This document shows, one piece after another, positions 25,029 to 38,353 of a stretch of DNA of 64,000 bases. The notes beneath the pieces were generated by a model. That model had not been told where the DNA came from. It ran no database searches and saw only the letters and a list, made by a program, of their open reading frames with translations. Made by a program: the position numbers and the translations under genes. This DNA comes from Oopsacas minuta (lineage: Eukaryota > Animalia > Porifera). Location: assembly GCA_024704765.1 (NCBI GenBank), contig JAKMXF010000316.1, positions 124,001 through 188,000 on the forward strand, read 5' to 3'. How positions within the stretch are numbered: the stretch's first letter is position 1; every line of letters begins with the position of its first letter.

Positions 25029-26161
25029 GTATTACTTACCCTTTAATTGATCCTTCGGTTAATTTTCCTATACCTAAACCAATAAATTCTGTATATGGTC
25101 TGGACATTTTAAATATCTACTTTTCTAAATATACGTATTTGATCCCTTATATAGTTTCTAAATGAGTGTCCAACACTCTTTTAAGAAATGTCCACATTGT
25201 TTTCTATATGACATTTTCTCATATCTTTTATTGATGGGGTGCACTGTGACTTGTTTTGGATTTTTTTGGTCTGGGATGCATTCGTCTTTGCGACATAGCC
25301 ATATTTTCAAAACGAATTTGTGTGTAAATTTTGGTAGTCCATAGTTTAACTATAGGGAAATATTTGTCAGTATCAAGAAGTAATAGGAATTTGAAATATA
25401 TAAGATCAAACTAATGCATTTTTAATAATCTATAATTGATATTTTCGAATCGCCATTTTGAACCTCATAATGTAATTATGCTTAGTGGCTTGCAACAGCG
25501 AACTGAACATTTTAGTGGACGACTTGTAGAGTTTGGTATGTTCTATTTCTAGATGTCTTGATTTGTCCTCCAAGAATTCAATTAATGAAATTTCTTTTTC
25601 TTATGTAGTATCTCTTGTTTATCAATTTTTGACGAAATTTACTAACATGTACATAGATATCGTAAATATGTAAATACCCGTCACTTTGCTGACTATTTCT
25701 TTAAGTAGTGAAATGTATTTACATATTATAACCTTCGAACCTCTGAGATCGGGGCACTCTTGTACAGAGGGTTGCGTATCTCTGAATTGTAGAAGATCCT
25801 TAATTTGATTTGTCAAATTTGTTTCTAATATGAACAATTGGGATGCAGCTGAATTGTCAAAATCTTTGCTGTTGTGCTTACTTTATCACATATTTTATAT
25901 GAAATACAACTCTATTACGTAAAAGAAGTTAGCTGAAATGGTCATATTTAATTTAAACACATTATTGGAAAATGGTTCTCCCATCTCGGAGTTCGATTGT
26001 ATTTTGTTTTGCCATATTTAGTAGCATTATTCTTTAATGTCAGAATAAACAGGCCTCTCCCTTTTTTCCATCCCCCCGTTTACTCTTTTTGTATTGAAGC
26101 AAAATATTTGATCAGCACATCCTTTTGATCATCTTTTCACGGTATTGTCTATATTCTATGA

Positions 26162-27297
26162 CAGGGGTCTTCAACCTTTTCTTCTATGAGCCAAATATTA
26201 CTTTCTTATTAGATTGGAGGGCCGCATTAAAAGTTAAGGATCATGTATTCTATATATTAATATAGTACTGTATTATTATGAGTAATTTGTCAGAGAAAAA
26301 TATTAATGTGAAGGTTGGTACTGTTTTTGTTGTTGTATTAAGATGCCATCTATATTAGGTATCATATCAGTCGATGTAATATGAAGAACATCTTGGAGGT
26401 GGTCATCAGTCAAATTAGTTCTATATTTGTTCTTGATATATTTCATTTTAGAGAAAAGTGCCTCACAAGTTTAAGTGCTTCCAAATAAACTAGCTATCTT
26501 TCTTGCGTGTTTTAAAATAGCAGGATAGATATCTGAAGGAAGAGTTTTATAGAAACTAATTACTCCAACATCCTTGAAGTCTGCCTTGAGATCTATGCTA
26601 GATTGCAGGTCTATGAGTTCAAGGTGAAGCTCCTGTGGAGCATATTGCAGATCAAAACTGAAAGGCTGTGCAGAAATCTCGAAGCTTTGTTGTTGATTCT
26701 AAAATCTCCAAATCGAGTATCAAAGTTTTCTTGGAGATTTGAAATAATTCGGCATATTTGTTTCCATCGGCACTATTTTGTGACTTTAGTGCTGGAAAGT
26801 GAGAAAAATTGTTATTTTTAAGCCATAACTTAAATAGAGCGAGTTTCATCTCAAAAGTTCGATTTGTGTTATAAAGTTCATGAATCAACTTGTTCTTTCC
26901 CTGAAGTGTGGAATTTAGAATATTTAGGTGTGTAGTCATATCTACAAGGAAGGAAAAGTCGCTAATCCAATTTGTATCTTCGAATTAAGGAACTTTCTTG
27001 CCCTTTGAGGCTAAGAAACTTGATATTTCATCGCGTAATTCCCAAACTCTTTTAAGAACTACTCCTCTACTCAGCCACCTAACACTTGTAAAATATAATA
27101 CATCTCCGTAATCTGAATCGAGATCTTTCAAAAATTCTTTACATTCTCTATGATTCACTCCTTTAGATCTGATAAAATTTACAACGTCTACTATCAACTT
27201 CATAACATTTTCCAGTCCAAGTGTTTTCGCACATAGGGCCTCTTGATGAATAATACAGTGATACCATGATATGTATGTTCACCATCCTATTGGAAGA
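26162..27297 (-). mobile_element. hAT element of the SPIN/GTF2IRD2-like (Charlie) group, 3' half
   Basis: End CAGGGGTCTTCAACCTTTT at 26162. Motifs HCIIHQEALCAK, VRWLSRG, HLNILNSTLQG and LFSKMKYIKN. Bounded on the right by the mariner at 27300. Confidence 0.85.
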
Positions 27298-27299
27298 TA

Positions 27300-28632
27300 C
27301 TGGGGCGTTCAATAAGTCTTGTGGGTGATATCATAGAATATGATACAAACACTATACACACTAATTCACTATATTATTTATTCAATGTGTAATCCCCTCC
27401 TGCAGATACACAAAGATTTAACCTTTCCACCCACTTGTAAATCACATTTCTGTACTCCTCTTTGGAGATGGATTTGAAGTACTGGTACAGGCCCGTTCCG
27501 AGTGCTTGTAATCGGAAAAAATCTTTGCCTTGAAGGTAGATTTTAAGTTTGGGAATAGCCAAAAATCACACGGAGCTAGGTCTGGTAAGTATTGTGGATG
27601 GGGAAGTAATTCTAACCCTTCTACATCCAAGAAATCTTTGGTAAGCTTAGCTGTATGGGAACTGGCGTTGTCAATTAAAATCTTCATCCCTCGAGTTCCG
27701 GTTTTCGGCGTTACTTTTCTATGATTTTTATTAAATTTGGAAGCACTTGCTCTGTAAAGAAAGTAGCAGTAACAGCCTTGCCACTCTGACAAGGTAATTG
27801 TAAGACAATTCCATGACTACTGAGGAAGATGGTGTACATAATCTTAGGTTTTCTGAAGTCGTGCCTAGGAATTTTCGCCGGTTGTTCGTCGCCCCTCACC
27901 CATGATCGCTTCTTATACTTGCTATATGGTGTTGAATAGTAAACCCATGTCTCGTCATCAGTAATAATCTCTGTTAGCCGTCTAGAATCGCAGTTCTTAT
28001 AAGTTTCCAAGAGTTTCTTGGCAATATTCAGTCGTGCCAACCTTTGATTCTCACTGAGCTTATGTGGGACCTATTCCCCATAAATCGTTCGATAGCTAAG
28101 CTCAGTCGTCAGAATTGTATGAATAGCTCCCGATGAAATCTCCATACTTTGTTCCAACTGATTGACAGTAATGCACTTGTCTTCCATGACCATACTTTCA
28201 ATGAGTGCGATATTCTCTGAAGTGGTGGCGGATATCGGTCTTCCAGATCGAGTCATATCTGTGACATCAGCATCACCAGATCTAAAACGGGCAGCCCATC
28301 GCTCTACAGTAGATCTGGAAGGGCAATCCACGCACAATATCTCCTGTAACTCGCTGAAGATCTGTACGGGCTGGATCTTGAGTATTGTGCAAACTCTATG
28401 TAAGCTCGCCATTTGAGGTTGAAATTATCATCCTTTGAAGCCATAAATTCAACAGTGAGTATAAATTGACTACACGTAGCTATCTTAAAATTCATAATTT
28501 GTATTGAATAAGCTTGAAACTTTCTGTATATAGAGTTTAACTATGTGGGCTTATAAAGTATGAAAGTTAGATTTATTACTTGACTAATTCCTAAGATATA
28601 TCATAACCCGCAAGACTTATTGAACGCCCTGA
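27300..28632 (-). mobile_element. mariner (DD34D) element, full length, frameshifted
   Basis: TIR core GGGCGTTCAATAAGTCTTG(T/C)GGG at both ends with TA flanks. Motifs ITDDETW, IDNASSH and PDLAPCD (34-residue spacing). Confidence 0.93.
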
Positions 28633-29189
28633 TAATACTGGCACTATTGATATATTGGATCAGTAGTAGCGATTAGTTGGCTTTCCGGGATTGTTAGTAG
28701 TGTTGTAAACTACTACCAAGTGATTGCTGGACAGGTTCTTTGTTAGGACTAGAACAGTATCCAAACCAAGGCTCCTGGCAATCAGAATTCTCATATCTAT
28801 GTTGATGTTATTAATAGAACCATATAAATTTTACTGTCAATTTTATTGGATTTCTAACGATTATATCCAAGTACATTACATATAGATCTATCCTTTTGTG
28901 GTTCTGTGAATTTAGAAACTAGGATAGAATCGTTTTAACTTTCATAAATTTCACTAAGCTTTGGTTGTTTAGTGTTTTGTTCAATATCTTTCACCTCTAT
29001 AGTCCTTTTCTGATAAGTACGGTTAAACTCAAGGCCTGACTGTTAGGAGGAAGAAAATGACTGCAAGGGAGTAAATATACTCCAAATGTTTCTGAAATTA
29101 TTCACTGTATACCACATCTTTTGCCCATAGTCTGCCAGATGTAGTGGAGTAACCTCCACTAGTCATTTCTTTTCTGCCTGAAGATGGTT

Positions 29190-29440
29190 GGACTCGACTC
29201 AATGCAACGTATACCGTACGTACCCTTGACTAAAGATGGATTCTCGAAATGGAAAACAGACCAACATTCTTCATGCTATGTCCTTATTAGTAGTTATACA
29301 AAACGTGAGACGAATTGGAAACTGACGGTCTGACATACAAACGGAAATCTGTATCTGTAGAGTCATGGGAATGCTTGGAATACTAACACACCTGGGGCAA
29401 TTTTTGCATCAATGAGCCTATTTGATGAAGTGCGTACAGT
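29190..29440 (-). mobile_element. Helitron PIF1-helicase C-terminal relic
   Basis: The minus strand reads TRITV...RLIDAKI, RQFPIRLTFCITTNK and IFSQG...YVALSRV. Confidence 0.8.
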
Positions 29441-30700
29441 AATCCGAGTACAGTTACATTATACGAGTAATTAGTGTTATCCAGATTATCCTTATTCATT
29501 TAAATACCCCATGAACAATAGCTCAATGTATTTTTCACCTTTCTTGGTGAAGGGTTTGAGATATTGCTTCCGAGACGAATAGGTCATTGTCACAGGGTGA
29601 CATTACCCATGTGTACTAATTTCCGCTATACGTCATACATTTTCTCAAATTTATTCTGTACAAACACATATACAAATATACAACAAACCAATTTTATTTT
29701 GTAGATTTTGGATAATCCTTGATATTGTCGTTGTTTTTAGTGAAATATTAACTGCAAATTCATATTATGTTTTTAGACTTAGATCCAAGTATTTGATGCA
29801 GTTATTTATCATAAGTCGATTCGAAAAATGAATTAGTTTATATTGTCTAGTTAATATACATTCTGAATAATTGTACCAATGTGACTAGTGGCAATTTTAA
29901 TAACCCGTATTCTATCAAATGGAGCTCTTATATCATGACAAATAGGACAGTTGATAGTTTCACACACTGTACATAATTTCCTCTTGATAGAATTCGAAGT
30001 ATTCCAAATATATTAAGAAATATTTGTGCATTATTTAGGAAGTATTGTAGCCATACAATTGAAACTGAAATGTTTGATGATTAACTAGATAAATACCCGC
30101 GTCAAATACCTCGATCCAAGTCTAAAAATTTCAAAAATCTAAAGGTAATATTTCTCTAAAAACTAAAGATAAGGTCATGAATTAGCAAAATATACATAAA
30201 ATAATAGGAGAATGAACTGAGCGCGGAGACCTACAGCGTAAAATCAATTAAAAGCACATTTAGTGGGCATGATGTATATGGATAGACTCAATTTGTTTAG
30301 TGGCGTCGAACAAGGGGTAACCCGATAGTGTTTGGACAAATTTTGAAGATTTAATGTTAACATATTCCTGGGTTGCTAGGGGAAGATACTCGAGGGCGAC
30401 AAGATGTCGCTCGGCATTTTCTTGAAACATGAGCCATTTCAGCAAAAATATACTATAGACGCAAATTCCACTCTTTTTGCTGGTTCTGCCCAACAAAATT
30501 TTCCCTGTCCTTATTATATACAAAATCGAGGAAAGATTGAGTACTTGAGGCCTGTAAATTGAGTTAGGTTATTCTTATATGATTTTGATATAAAATATTA
30601 TTGTGTACTAAAAAGAATATTTATATTTTCGAAGATATTTTTATTGTCTGCCGTAAAAACATCAATTATCATTTTCTGAAATTGAATTTTGTATCCGGAT

Positions 30701-31170
30701 CAGTGGCTCTCAAACAGTTTCCTTGGCGACTCCCTACCAATTATCAAATGAATTCACGACCCTAATTTTCACAGCACATATATTTAACAAATTGAGTCAA
30801 TTAGTTATTGCTTATACGATGTGTAATACATTTTTTAATGAAATGGGTGTAGTTGCTTTTCACTAACTAAAGACTTAATTTCTGGTTCCTTTTTTTGCGA
30901 GTACTCAACGAATATCATCTTTTCACTTTAATTTGTTTCTACTGCTGGGTTTATTTGTAACAGAGTTGAAAGACCTGAGTCACAAAGTTAAGTAGTAAGG
31001 ATAGGCAACAGGTTTTGAATGATACCTTTGGTTGGAGAAGGATAGAAATCCTCCATTGAGCACCAAAATGAACTTAGTGTCTCTCTTTCAAATAGTTCCT
31101 TGGCATGATGTTTCATGAATGAGATCTATCAATGCATCCTGTGCTCGTTCATTTTCCTTGGATTGCTTAG
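30701..31170 (-). mobile_element. hAT Buster/Charlie-type 3' end fragment
   Basis: End CAGTGGCTCTCAAAC at 30701. The minus strand reads LIDLIHETSC..LFERETLSSFW and LLPILTT*LCDSGLSTL (hAT dimerisation domain). Confidence 0.75.
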
Positions 31171-31289
31171 AGAGATGGAGTAAAAGGATTTCTCAATAAT
31201 TTCAAATTTACTGAGTTCTTAATATATCGTTTAACTTGTGTTCCGATTAGCAGGGGTATAGTGAAGTTGTAGAAATCGTCATTATGGTC

Positions 31290-31650
31290 CCCAGCAAACA
31301 CATACCCTTCCTTTATTGGCTTAGCAAATACCGCAGAGGTGTACGAAGAGGACAATTACTGCACTAAGCACGTGATAGTTGTAGCTCATGAAATACTCGT
31401 ACACCATGTCACATCCACCATGACTGAACTAGTGATGTCAGGCCACTAATGCATCTCACAGGTCTTCCTTATCCGTGCACATAACTGGCTCGATGTAATC
31501 CCCTTTCACGTACAAGACATCTACACCCTCAAACCTTTCCACAGAATAGCGCCACTTGGTTCGGCCCCAATTGGGATCGTTGATGTTGTAACCATCCTCT
31601 CAGTAGCTCTCTATATGTCCATCTTTCCTCGTTCTCCCTACCAGATGTCA
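31290..31650 (-). mobile_element. Ginger2/KRBA2-like integrase N-terminal (H2C2) relic
   Basis: With stops, the minus strand reads ...A*HH*FSHGGCDMVYEYFMSYNYHVLSAVIVLFVHLCGIC, matching the H..GHGG.D.....Y.......FV..C..C pattern. Confidence 0.5.
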
Positions 31651-33017
31651 ACTGATTGATCTGCTAAATTTCTGCTTTCGAAAATTTTTTGAGTATTAAC
31701 GAAAGGAATAGTATAATGATTTTGTCCTGAAGAAACAAACGCAAACAATAATGACATACTTATAGTAACTAGTTTGAAGTTACACAGTAACTGTCGCGTG
31801 GCAGCACAAGTGTACTATAGGCCTAACACCCCAGTAGCATCTAGGTGACTTGGGTATGTAAGTCTATTTTTGTTTACACAATTATATTTACATTTATGTT
31901 AACAATAATATCATAAGTAGCAAATTATTAAAGAGAAATTTTGCTCAATTTGGCGGTGCCAAATACTAATTTTTGCAGATACTCAATTTAACGGTGACAT
32001 ACATACTATCTACTCACAATAGATTGCTTTTACGCTGTAAGTCAACCCCCAATGTGTTTGTTAGAATAATTCCCGGAAATCAGAACTATTTTAAATTGCC
32101 ATCATTCTTACTTTCTGTAGGTATAACCTGTTAGCCAATAACCCTCTTTGTATTTTATTCTGTTTTTGTTAGTTTTTCTACATTTATCCCACAATCAGCT
32201 TATTGATATAGGTTTTTAAGAATCGCTCATCTATATGAAAGGACGTTAACCGATATTTATTCAAGTAAGCCAAACGAGGTAAGTTTTGTTGGAACAGTTT
32301 CTACTGACGATGATTATGATTAGTTGTTGAAATTTGAAATCTTTCACGTCGCCTCCTGAATTGGAAATCCCAAACAGTCAATATTGACACCTGTCAATTT
32401 GTCAGAGATAGAATATTGATGTAAGTGACGAACTCAATGTTCAGTTATATTGGAAACCTTCCAACCAGATGTTATTTATCAAATGCGATTCGTATTACAA
32501 TCAGGTAAAAGCAGGCGCTTCAGACTTGACAGTTTTACTGACTAGCAAATAGCAATGTGTGTCAAGGTGCATATTCATATTTTGTGTAATATTTGTTTAT
32601 TCTAATAAAGTTCGAGGAAATGGTAACTAAACTGCTGTATACTAGAGCGTTCTATAATTCTTTCGGTGACATAATAGAACAGAGTACAAACACTATACAC
32701 TCAAATTCACTACCATATTTATTCAAAGTAATCCCTTCCTGCAGATACACAAAGTTTTGACCTTTCCACCCACTTGTATAACACATTGCTGTACACTTCT
32801 TCGAGGATGGATTTGTAGTACTGGCACAGGCCTGTTCCGAGTGCTTGTAATGTGTTACAATCTTTGCCTTTAAGGTAGATTTTAAGTTTGGGGAATAGCC
32901 ATAAATCATAAGGAGTTAGTTCTGGTAAATATGATGGATGGGGAAGTAATTCTAACCTTTCTACCTTCAAGAATTTTCTGGGTAGCTTAGCTGTATGCGA
33001 ACTAGGGTTATCAATTA

Positions 33018-36000
33018 CACGGAGAAACGTTTTTTCAAATTACAATTTCTTCTTCGATGTATTCAAACTATTCTTGACCAATGTTTTATGCTGATTTCAA
33101 ATATGGCATTCATATGTTTACTACACGTCCAGATTTTTCGAAAATCAATTTTTCAAATTTCTTTAACTTCAAGGAATATATTTATTTAAAAAATGTACCG
33201 TAATATTTCAAACCCAAAGAACAATCTAGAAGTATATTATTCGAACTCGTATAACAACAATACGAGTTCCCATTAATCCTAAATATATTTGTTATTCTGT
33301 GAATTTCGTAAGATCCGTATTTTTTTGATCAAGATCATGATTTCCGAGACTCGTGATACATATACGTATATCATACCTTTAATATATCAATCTGGTATGA
33401 AGTATAGAATAACTATAATTGATTTATGATTGTGATCAGAAGTTTTAAACAACAACACTATTACTATTTGACTTGGAAATTGTAAGCGATAAATTATTAA
33501 TCCCTAACAGCTTTAACATGGAAGATATGGAATGAAACGCCGTTTTCTTGACATTCGATTGTGAGCTGTATCGTAGTCCCTTTTTAAACACCAACAATAG
33601 TCTCCCATCATACTTGTATTCTATTTGCCTTGGTATCTTTTCTCAAATTTCACAAATGTCCTGATGAAACCGCTCACCTTGTTCCCCACTTAAGGCACCG
33701 AGATTTTCAGGAAAATAATTTGAATGCGAATGTAGAAAGTGAATCTTTGTGCTCATTCTACAGCCAAGAGATTCATAGTTAGCAAGCATTGTTTGAACAA
33801 GTTCTTTGTAGTTTTCCGCTTTCTTATTTCCCAAAAAGATTTCTACCACATTCTTGAAAGGTGTCCAGGCATTCCTTTCTACGGTATTCTGCACTGCCTC
33901 AAACTGAGCATCCCGGTATAATTGACCTATTTGTGGTCCCACAAATATACCGGCTTTTAACTAGGCCTCACTTGTCGCTGGAAATTTCATAGAAAGATAC
34001 TTAAATGCATCACCTTCCCTATTTAGGGCTTTTACTAAATTCTTTATTTGACCAAGTTTGTTATGGTGCAGGGATAATATGACCATCTGGGGATCGACAA
34101 GAGGAATAGATCTCACATTTTCCCTTCCTGGGATATATTCGGTTCTAGTTGGCCTTTCTTGCCTTAAATAATGTTGAGAGTCCGCTCGGGTATCCCTAAG
34201 TAAAGAAAGCAAGGATTCTTTGTATAACCACCTTGCTGACCAAGTAGGAGAGTAATAACTTTTAGATCGCCACAAATTTGTCACTTAAGTTCTTCATACT
34301 TGAATATATCAATGAGTAACTTCATGGTTTCAAAATTTTCTCAAGGGTAACTAACTGCGCGATTGGGATTGACGACACAGTGTTTCCGTTGTAAAGGAGG
34401 ACCGCTTTGAGGCTTCTGTTTGAAGATCAATGGAAAGTCTCCAATCATTGGAATTATAGTTCATTCCCATGGGTAAAATCAACCCTTGAATATTATTGCA
34501 ATAAACCAAGTCATTGTCCATTGAAAGAAAGGCTCAAATTCCTGCTCTCTATTCCTATACCAGTAAAACGTAGTTCTTGCTTCTAGATGGTTTCTTTCCT
34601 TAAGTCTCGAAACTAAAAGCATAGTTGATTCCTTTGACAGATCAAGATCCCTGACTGACTCATTCAAGTCCTCTTGTGAAAATAGCTTTGGGGCATCACT
34701 TTGTAACTCAAAAGATGTATCGAAATGATCTTCAGGTTCACTACCAACACATTCCTGGACAGATGCCACAAGAGCTTTAGGTACAGGAATTCCCAAGCCA
34801 TGTGCTACAGGGCGCAAAGCTGAAGGCAAATTTGGGTATGTTATCCTAGATTTAGTCTTTAGAATGCCCTTGAACTTTACAGAACAAAAGTAGCAGTCAT
34901 CTGCATGGTTTCTTTGCTCCCTCCAGACCATTGGGACACCAAATGGCATATCTTTTAAATTTCCCTTTGACCATTTGACTAAGTTATTACAACATGTGTG
35001 ACAAGCATAGTGAGGGGCCCATGGTTTGTCTTGGTCTCCGACTTTACAACCGAAATACAAGTAGTATTGTTCCATAATTAACGGTGCAATTTTCTTGAAC
35101 ATACTATCTAACATGTAGATACCACAAATATAACAAAAACAGTCAGGATCATTTTCACATTTGCGATGCATTGATTGTAGAAAGAATAGGGAACAAAAAT
35201 ATCTAAAATGTACATGAATGTAGATTAATACAGTATGTCCCGAAAGTCTTTTCCTATAGTAATTTTAGATATAATAGACTACCAAAACTTGATTAATTGA
35301 ATTCGAATATTCTGAACTCAATTTATTGAATATTCAAACAATTGTGAACACATTAGATCAAGTGATATAGGCTTATCAACTTCAGAGACTTCTTTAGCAG
35401 CATTTATTTGATCTCGAATATTCATTCTCAAAATAATGTCCGAATCGTTACATTCCTCTCAGAATTTATTTCGTGCAAAGGCTATTGGAATGTTAGAGGC
35501 CGGAGTTACGCAGAAACAGGTGTCCCAAGCCCTTGGAAAGACCACACGGACCATCAGCAATTGGTGGAAACGAAATAAATTGGACCAGAGTCTCAGCGAT
35601 AAACCGAGGTCAGGAAGGCCTTTATCGCTCACAAGGACAGAGAAAATAGTTATTTCCAAATCTGTTGGTAAGAAGCACCTACACGAAAATTGGCAAAGAG
35701 ACCAACCGTTCGTGGACACCTGACTTCCAAATCAGCGGTGCATCGCTATTTGAGAGAAAATCTTGGTCTTAAGAGCTACAAACGGCCACATCAGCCAAAA
35801 TTGACCGAAAAACAGAAAGATCATCGCCTAAATTTCTGTCAACAAAGGCTATTTTGGTCGGCTGAACAATGGAGCAATGTTATTTTCTCCGATGAAGCTC
35901 CGTTTTATCTATTTCAGCCTTCCAACCCACAAACCGATCGCATCTGGAGTTCTGATGCCAAAAATGTCCCGCCAGTCCTCACTATTAAGTTTCCTTCTCA

Positions 36001-36879
36001 TCTTATGGTTTGGGGGGGCTATGTCGGCTCGTGCTGTATCAGAATTACACATTCCGCCACCCAAATGCACTGTAAATCCCAAGTACTATGTTGATGAGAT
36101 ACTAGCTGGACCTTGTCAAGATTCGTTTACTCGCAAAAGATATACTGGTACAATTCTACAGCGAAGACTTTGCCAAAACATGTCCAATTCTGTTTTCCAA
36201 CAGGATGGAGCTCCCGCTCATACTTCAAAATTAAGTCAGCAGTGGTGCCAACTGAATCTTCCAAACTACTGGGCGAAAGAAGTGTGGCCAGGCAACTCTC
36301 CTGATTTATCTCCAATTGAGAACTTGTGGGCGTATGTGAAAAATGAACTTTCTGAGCTACCAGCTGCTTCAAATTTAGACCTGCTGAAAAATCAACTCAA
36401 AAATGTGTGGGCTGACATCAGCCCTGACCTACTCAAGAGGTTGATGGGTGGAATGCCAGCTAGGATGAGAAAGTGCGTAGATTTGAATGGCGGTAATATT
36501 GGAAAATAATGAAACCTATATTCCATTTCGTATGGCTGCTATGAATAATTTTTTGATAGGAAAAGACTTTCGGGACATACTGTATATTTAGTTAGAGTTA
36601 GTGCCGACCGATGAGGTCACCTTGCCTATAGTATATTAGTTAAAGGGATTATAAAAGTCTTGTTAAAGAAGACTCAAAGTATCCAAAATAGTTTCCATGA
36701 AATAATAATTATGGTATATTTAGCACCAAATATCCATGGAAATGCAATAAATATAATTATTGAAAACGAAAAATCCTGATGTATAGGTTTAAAACTGATG
36801 GCAAATTTAGAATTATCGCAGTTTTTTGTTCTAGAAGATATCACATTCATTCAAGAAGAAATTTCGTAGTTGACCAGTG
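33018..36879 (-). mobile_element. Chapaev3-type (CMC superfamily) element A, decayed, carrying a Tc1 insert
   Basis: TTA TSD at 33015-17 and 36880-82; termini CACGGAGAAAC and rc CACTGGTCAAC. ORFs read MHRKCENDPDCFCYICG, DQDKPWAPHYAC and SGEQGERFHQDI. Confidence 0.9.
35231..36582 (+). mobile_element. DD37E Tc1-like (TRT-type) element, two frameshifts
   Basis: Perfect 27-bp TIR CAGTATGTCCCGAAAGTCTTTTCCTAT with TA TSD. Motifs FSDEAPF, FQQDGAPAH and SPDLSPIENLW, with 37 residues between D and E. Confidence 0.95.
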
Positions 36880-38353
36880 TTATAATCTTCATTCGTCTAG
36901 TTCCGATTTTCGGGGGGTACTTTTCTATATATTTATCAAGTTTGGATGCGCCTACTCTGTAAAGAAAGTAACAGTAACAGCTTTGCCACACTTACAAGGT
37001 TATAGCAAGACAATTACATGACTATTGAAGAAGATGGTATGTATAATTTTGGGTTTTAGGAAGTCGGACCTAGGAATATTCGCTGGTTGTTTGTCACCCT
37101 TCACCCATGATCGCTTCTTATACTTACTATATGCAGGACCCATTTACCACTAATCGTTCGGTAGCCAAGTTCAGTCGTCAGAATTGTAAGAATAGTTCCT
37201 GATGACATATCCATACTTTAATCTAACTGATTGACAATAATGCATTTGTCTTCCATGGCCGTACTTTCAATGAGTACGATATTCTCTGAAGTGGTGGCGG
37301 GTACCGGGCTTCCAGATCGAGGCAATTCTGTGACATCAGCATCACCAGACCCAAAAAGGGCAGCCCCATCACTCTATAGTAGATCTGAAGCGCTATCCAC
37401 GCACAATATCTCCTGTAATTCGCTGAAGTTCTGTACCGGATGGATCTTGAGTTTGTGCGAAACTCTATGTTAGCCCGCCATTTGAGGTTGAAATTATCAT
37501 CCTTTGAAGCCATAAATTGAACTGTAGGTATGAATTCTCAACGCGTAATTATCTCGAGAATCATAATTTGTATTGAATAAACTTGGAACTTCAGTATTTG
37601 GAGTTTATCTATATTGGCTTATTATGTATGAGGGTTAGATATGTTATTTGACTAATCCCTGAGATATAACATGACCTGCAAGACTAATTGAACGCCCTGA
37701 TATACTAAATATAAAGATGCTTTGGAGGACTTTAGAAGTAACGAAATGCGACAATATCACATCTCAGATATGGTTAGAGTCGAAGATTTCTTGATGCATG
37801 TTATACAGAGATGTGGCTTGTTTTTGATTTGTCTTGTCGAGTTTATGTGGTTAAGGGTGATGAAACTTTATTCGAAACCAGTAAATTAACTTTTATAAGA
37901 ACAGGAAAATGGCGGATGTCAAAATAATCGCAAAAGATAATGCCACCTAAGAATCATTGCATTCACACAGCATATTTTATATTCGCCTACTTTAAGATTA
38001 CTACATACTAGATTAGTTCTCATAATCGAAATGATCATCTTTTGCAGGATACAAGGAATTTCTATGAGAGGACATTGAGGCAGCGGACAGTTGTCATTCG
38101 AACACTCACTAGATAATGATGGAAATTTTAAAGCAGCTCTACAATTGAAATTATGTGGTGGTGGTGAATTACTGAAAGAACATTTACTAACTGAACCTAT
38201 TTACGCCAAGGATCTGAGGTAGACAGCCACAATGAATTTGTGAACATATGTGGGAGTATCATACAGTAATCCATCATCAATGAGGTCTGAGAAGCCAAGT
38301 CTTTCACAGTTCTTGCTGGTGAGACTGTAGATATTCCCAATATTGAACAATTA

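Larger units (their letters stand above)
32642..37700 (-). mobile_element. mariner copy (same family as 27300) split by Chapaev3, with an internal deletion of about 140 bp
   Basis: Ends TA|CTAGAGCGTTC and GAACGCCCTGA|TA. The flanks of 33018-36879 rejoin as TCAATTATAATCTTC, versus TCAATTAAAATCTTC in the 27300 copy. The segment encoding DDETW is absent near 37130. Confidence 0.9.

Noticed and set aside
30080-30115. Possible Helitron 3' end (minus strand ...CGCGGGTATTTATCTAG|T); similar candidates near 11510 and 44095
   Set aside because: The terminal hairpin is incomplete or CTAG is mutated, and none can be paired with a 5' end.
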